A stretch of DNA of 43,083 nucleotides, from contig JBBSVV010000005.1 of the NCBI GenBank assembly GCA_038046625.1, positions 7,103 through 50,185 on the forward strand, read 5' to 3'. The DNA comes from an archaeon. GTDB taxonomy: Archaea; Iainarchaeota; Iainarchaeia; Iainarchaeales; Iainarchaeaceae. Positions 41,227 through 43,083 of the stretch are shown one piece after another. The notes beneath the pieces are model-generated. The model made no database searches. It was not told the DNA's origin and was given only the letters and a program-made list of their open reading frames with translations. The translations under genes were made by a program, and so were the position numbers. Positions within the stretch are counted from its first letter, which is position 1. Every line of letters begins with the position of its first letter.

Positions 41227-42783
41227 TCAATTTATCGCCCTCTTTTCATTATTATGGTTCGCCATAGCCTTGTTAAGGCATTTGATAAGCGCCTGTGCAG
41301 AGGCCATTGCAATGTCCTCCTTCAATGCCTCGGCAGTGAAAGAACTGCCATTCGAATCCGTGATGGTTATTGTGACGTCCGCAAGCGCATCCGTGCCCCC
41401 GGTAATTGCCTTCAAGTTGTAGTCCTTTAACCTGAATTCTTTGCCTACCGCCCTTATTATCGCGTTCGCCATCGCATCAACCGGGCCGACACCCTCTGCC
41501 TTTGCGGCAACTTCCATGCCCTTGACGCTCAGCCTCACGCTTGCAACCGGCTTCACCTTGTTCCCCGTGCTGATTGTTATTTCCTCCAGCTTCACAAGAA
41601 CCTTTTCCGGCGAGAGCCTGTCGGCAATATTGTTCGCAATCGCAATTATGTCCTCCTCGAAAATGATTTTATTTTTGTCCGCGAGCGCCTTCATTTTGTC
41701 CGTGACATCCTGAACCTCCTTATTGCTCATGGAGTAGCCGCGCTTTTTCAGGAAATCCGCAACGGCCGCCTTTCCGGAATGCTTTCCAATCACGAGCTCG
41801 GTTGTTTTGCCAATGGTTAAAGGATTCATAATCTCGTAAACCTCGCGGTTCGCGAGGATTCCATGCTGGTGAATTCCGGCTTCATGCGCGAACGCATTCC
41901 TGCCGACAATGGCCTTGTTCGCCTGCACAACCATTGAAGTGAAGCCCGAAACCATTTTGCTCGTGTTGTAAATTTCATCCAGTTTTATGTTTGTGGTGGC
42001 ATTGAAATAATTCTCGCGCGCATGAAGGTTCATTATGACTTCTTCGAGCGCGGCATTTCCGGCCCTTTCCCCTATTCCGTTAATTGTGCCCTCGACCTGC
42101 GTGGCGCCGTTCTCGATGGCGGCGAGGCTGTTTGCAACGCTCAAACCAAGGTCATCGTGGCAGTGCGTGGAAATGGTTATTGATTCATTGTAATTCGGCG
42201 TGTTCGCAATAATGTCCTTAATCAGCGAACCGAATTCCTTTGGCTGCGTGTAACCGACAGTATCAGGAATGTTCAGAGTGGTTGCACCCGCATCAATTGC
42301 TTTTTCAAGCACATCATACAAAAATTCCTTTTCGCTCCTGCCCGCATCCTCCGGAGAAAATTCTATGTCCTCACAATAATTCTTTGCGTACCTCACCCAC
42401 TTCTCCGCCTCCGCCTTGACTTGAGCGGGTTCCATGTGCAGCTTGTACTTCATGTGTATCGGCGATGTCGCCAAAAAAACGTGGATGCGCGGCTTCTTCG
42501 CGGACTCGATTGCCTTGAAAGCCCTGTCAATGTCCTCCTTCCTGCACCTCGCGAGCGCGCACACAACCGGCTTGGAAAGGGTTTTGGCAATCTCCTTCAC
42601 CGCAATAAAATCATCATCGCTCGCAACCGGAAACCCGGCCTCGATGATGTCCACATTGAGGCGCTCGAGCTGGCGCGCAATCATTATTTTTTCTTTATGA
42701 GTAAGAGTTGCCCCCGGGCTCTGTTCGCCGTCACGAAGGGTCGTGTCGAAAATTTTTATCATTTTCTTTCCGCCTTCAGCCAT
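41227..42783 (-). CDS. leuA: 2-isopropylmalate synthase (long form with C-terminal LeuA regulatory domain)
   Basis: About 518 aa with [11 protein letters not shown] and HCHDDLGL motifs. ATG at 42783 (the track TTG at 42786; an ATG at 42762 is also possible). Confidence 0.95.
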   Translation of the reverse strand: MAEGGKKMIKIFDTTLRDGEQSPGATLTHKEKIMIARQLERLNVDIIEAGFPVASDDDFIAVKEIAKTLSKPVVCALARCRKEDIDRAFKAIESAKKPRIHVFLATSPIHMKYKLHMEPAQVKAEAEKWVRYAKNYCEDIEFSPEDAGRSEKEFLYDVLEKAIDAGATTLNIPDTVGYTQPKEFGSLIKDIIANTPNYNESITISTHCHDDLGLSVANSLAAIENGATQVEGTINGIGERAGNAALEEVIMNLHARENYFNATTNIKLDEIYNTSKMVSGFTSMVVQANKAIVGRNAFAHEAGIHQHGILANREVYEIMNPLTIGKTTELVIGKHSGKAAVADFLKKRGYSMSNKEVQDVTDKMKALADKNKIIFEEDIIAIANNIADRLSPEKVLVKLEEITISTGNKVKPVASVRLSVKGMEVAAKAEGVGPVDAMANAIIRAVGKEFRLKDYNLKAITGGTDALADVTITITDSNGSSFTAEALKEDIAMASAQALIKCLNKAMANHNNEKRAIN

Positions 42784-42908
42784 CAAAAAAACCTTTTTTT
42801 TCGCGCAATTTTTTTGCCTTTGTTTTCCCGTTTTTTCCCTTTCACTATAACGACTTCTGCCTTTTCTTAAAACCGCGCCCCCAGAATCCGAATTTTTTTA
42901 GGAGTGCT

Positions 42909-42977
42909 TTATGCTGGCAGCACGAGTACGACAAGCATCAGAACAAGCAAAACCGGACCCGCATTGCCTTTAAACAT
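42909..42977 (-). CDS. candidate Leu/Val leader peptide (22 codons)
   Basis: My own translation is MFKGNAGPVLLVLMLVVLVLPA*. Twelve consecutive NTN codons give 6 Leu, 5 Val and 1 Met. An A/T box TTATTTAAAT is centred about 27 nt upstream of the ATG. The peptide ends 125 nt upstream of leuA. Confidence 0.5.
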   Translation of the reverse strand: MFKGNAGPVLLVLMLVVLVLPA

Positions 42978-42997
42978 GTAATATATTAGCCCACTGG

Positions 42998-43010
42998 AAA
43001 TTTAAATAAG
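42998..43010 (-). promoter_or_regulatory. TATA-like box for the Leu/Val leader / leuA operon
   Basis: Minus-strand CTTATTTAAATTT has spacing to the ATG at 42977 that fits a leaderless archaeal transcript. Confidence 0.4.
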
Positions 43011-43083
43011 TATCGCTTTTCGGCGAAGAAAACAGGGGCAGGTTAAAATAGTCCAATGCACTATTTTTTGCGGTCAAAATGCC

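Noticed and set aside
1-43083. Looked for CRISPR arrays, rRNA, IS/transposase or integrase genes, and inteins
   Set aside because: I found no regularly spaced direct repeats, no rRNA-like conserved blocks, and no ORF with transposase, integrase or Cas motifs. The only repeats are the short families reported above.

Overview
This 43-kb window is almost entirely amino-acid biosynthesis genes. It carries leuCD, thrB/thrC, aroC-aroE, and a roughly 15-kb minus-strand aromatic supraoperon: pheA, tkt, DAHP synthase, a His-phosphatase, tRNA-Trp, trpE-G-D-CF-B-A and aroA-K-B-D. It also carries leuA-ilvB-N-C and leuB. Expression signals look archaeal. First genes have A/T boxes about 27 nt upstream of the ATG and no SD, internal genes are coupled by ATGA/GTGA overlaps, and tRNA-Trp has G1-C72 and A73. 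Many of the enzymes, however, are bacterial-type. Accessory content is limited to two paralogous RHH/RelE-like TA loci, a divergent pair of an HprK/PEPCK-like P-loop protein and a PurD-like ATP-grasp, and a small island (Bro-N/DinD-like gene plus an AT-rich 2H-phosphoesterase/metallophosphoesterase fusion). The most interesting signals are not in the ORF track. (1) A family of 80-135-nt hairpin-bearing elements sits exactly at stop/start junctions of operon genes. Each duplicates the junction and stays open as a mini-ORF that re-creates the ATGA overlap at both ends; one copy is fused in frame to TrpG. (2) There are two candidate leader peptides. One ends in FYFYFYFFSW upstream of the aromatic supraoperon, and one contains VLLVLMLVVLVL upstream of leuA-ilvBNC. 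(3) tRNA-Trp lies 84 nt upstream of trpE. (4) Several short palindromes and 3'-end motifs recur. I saw no CRISPR array, rRNA, transposase or integrase. All homology calls come from motif recognition by eye, not from searches.
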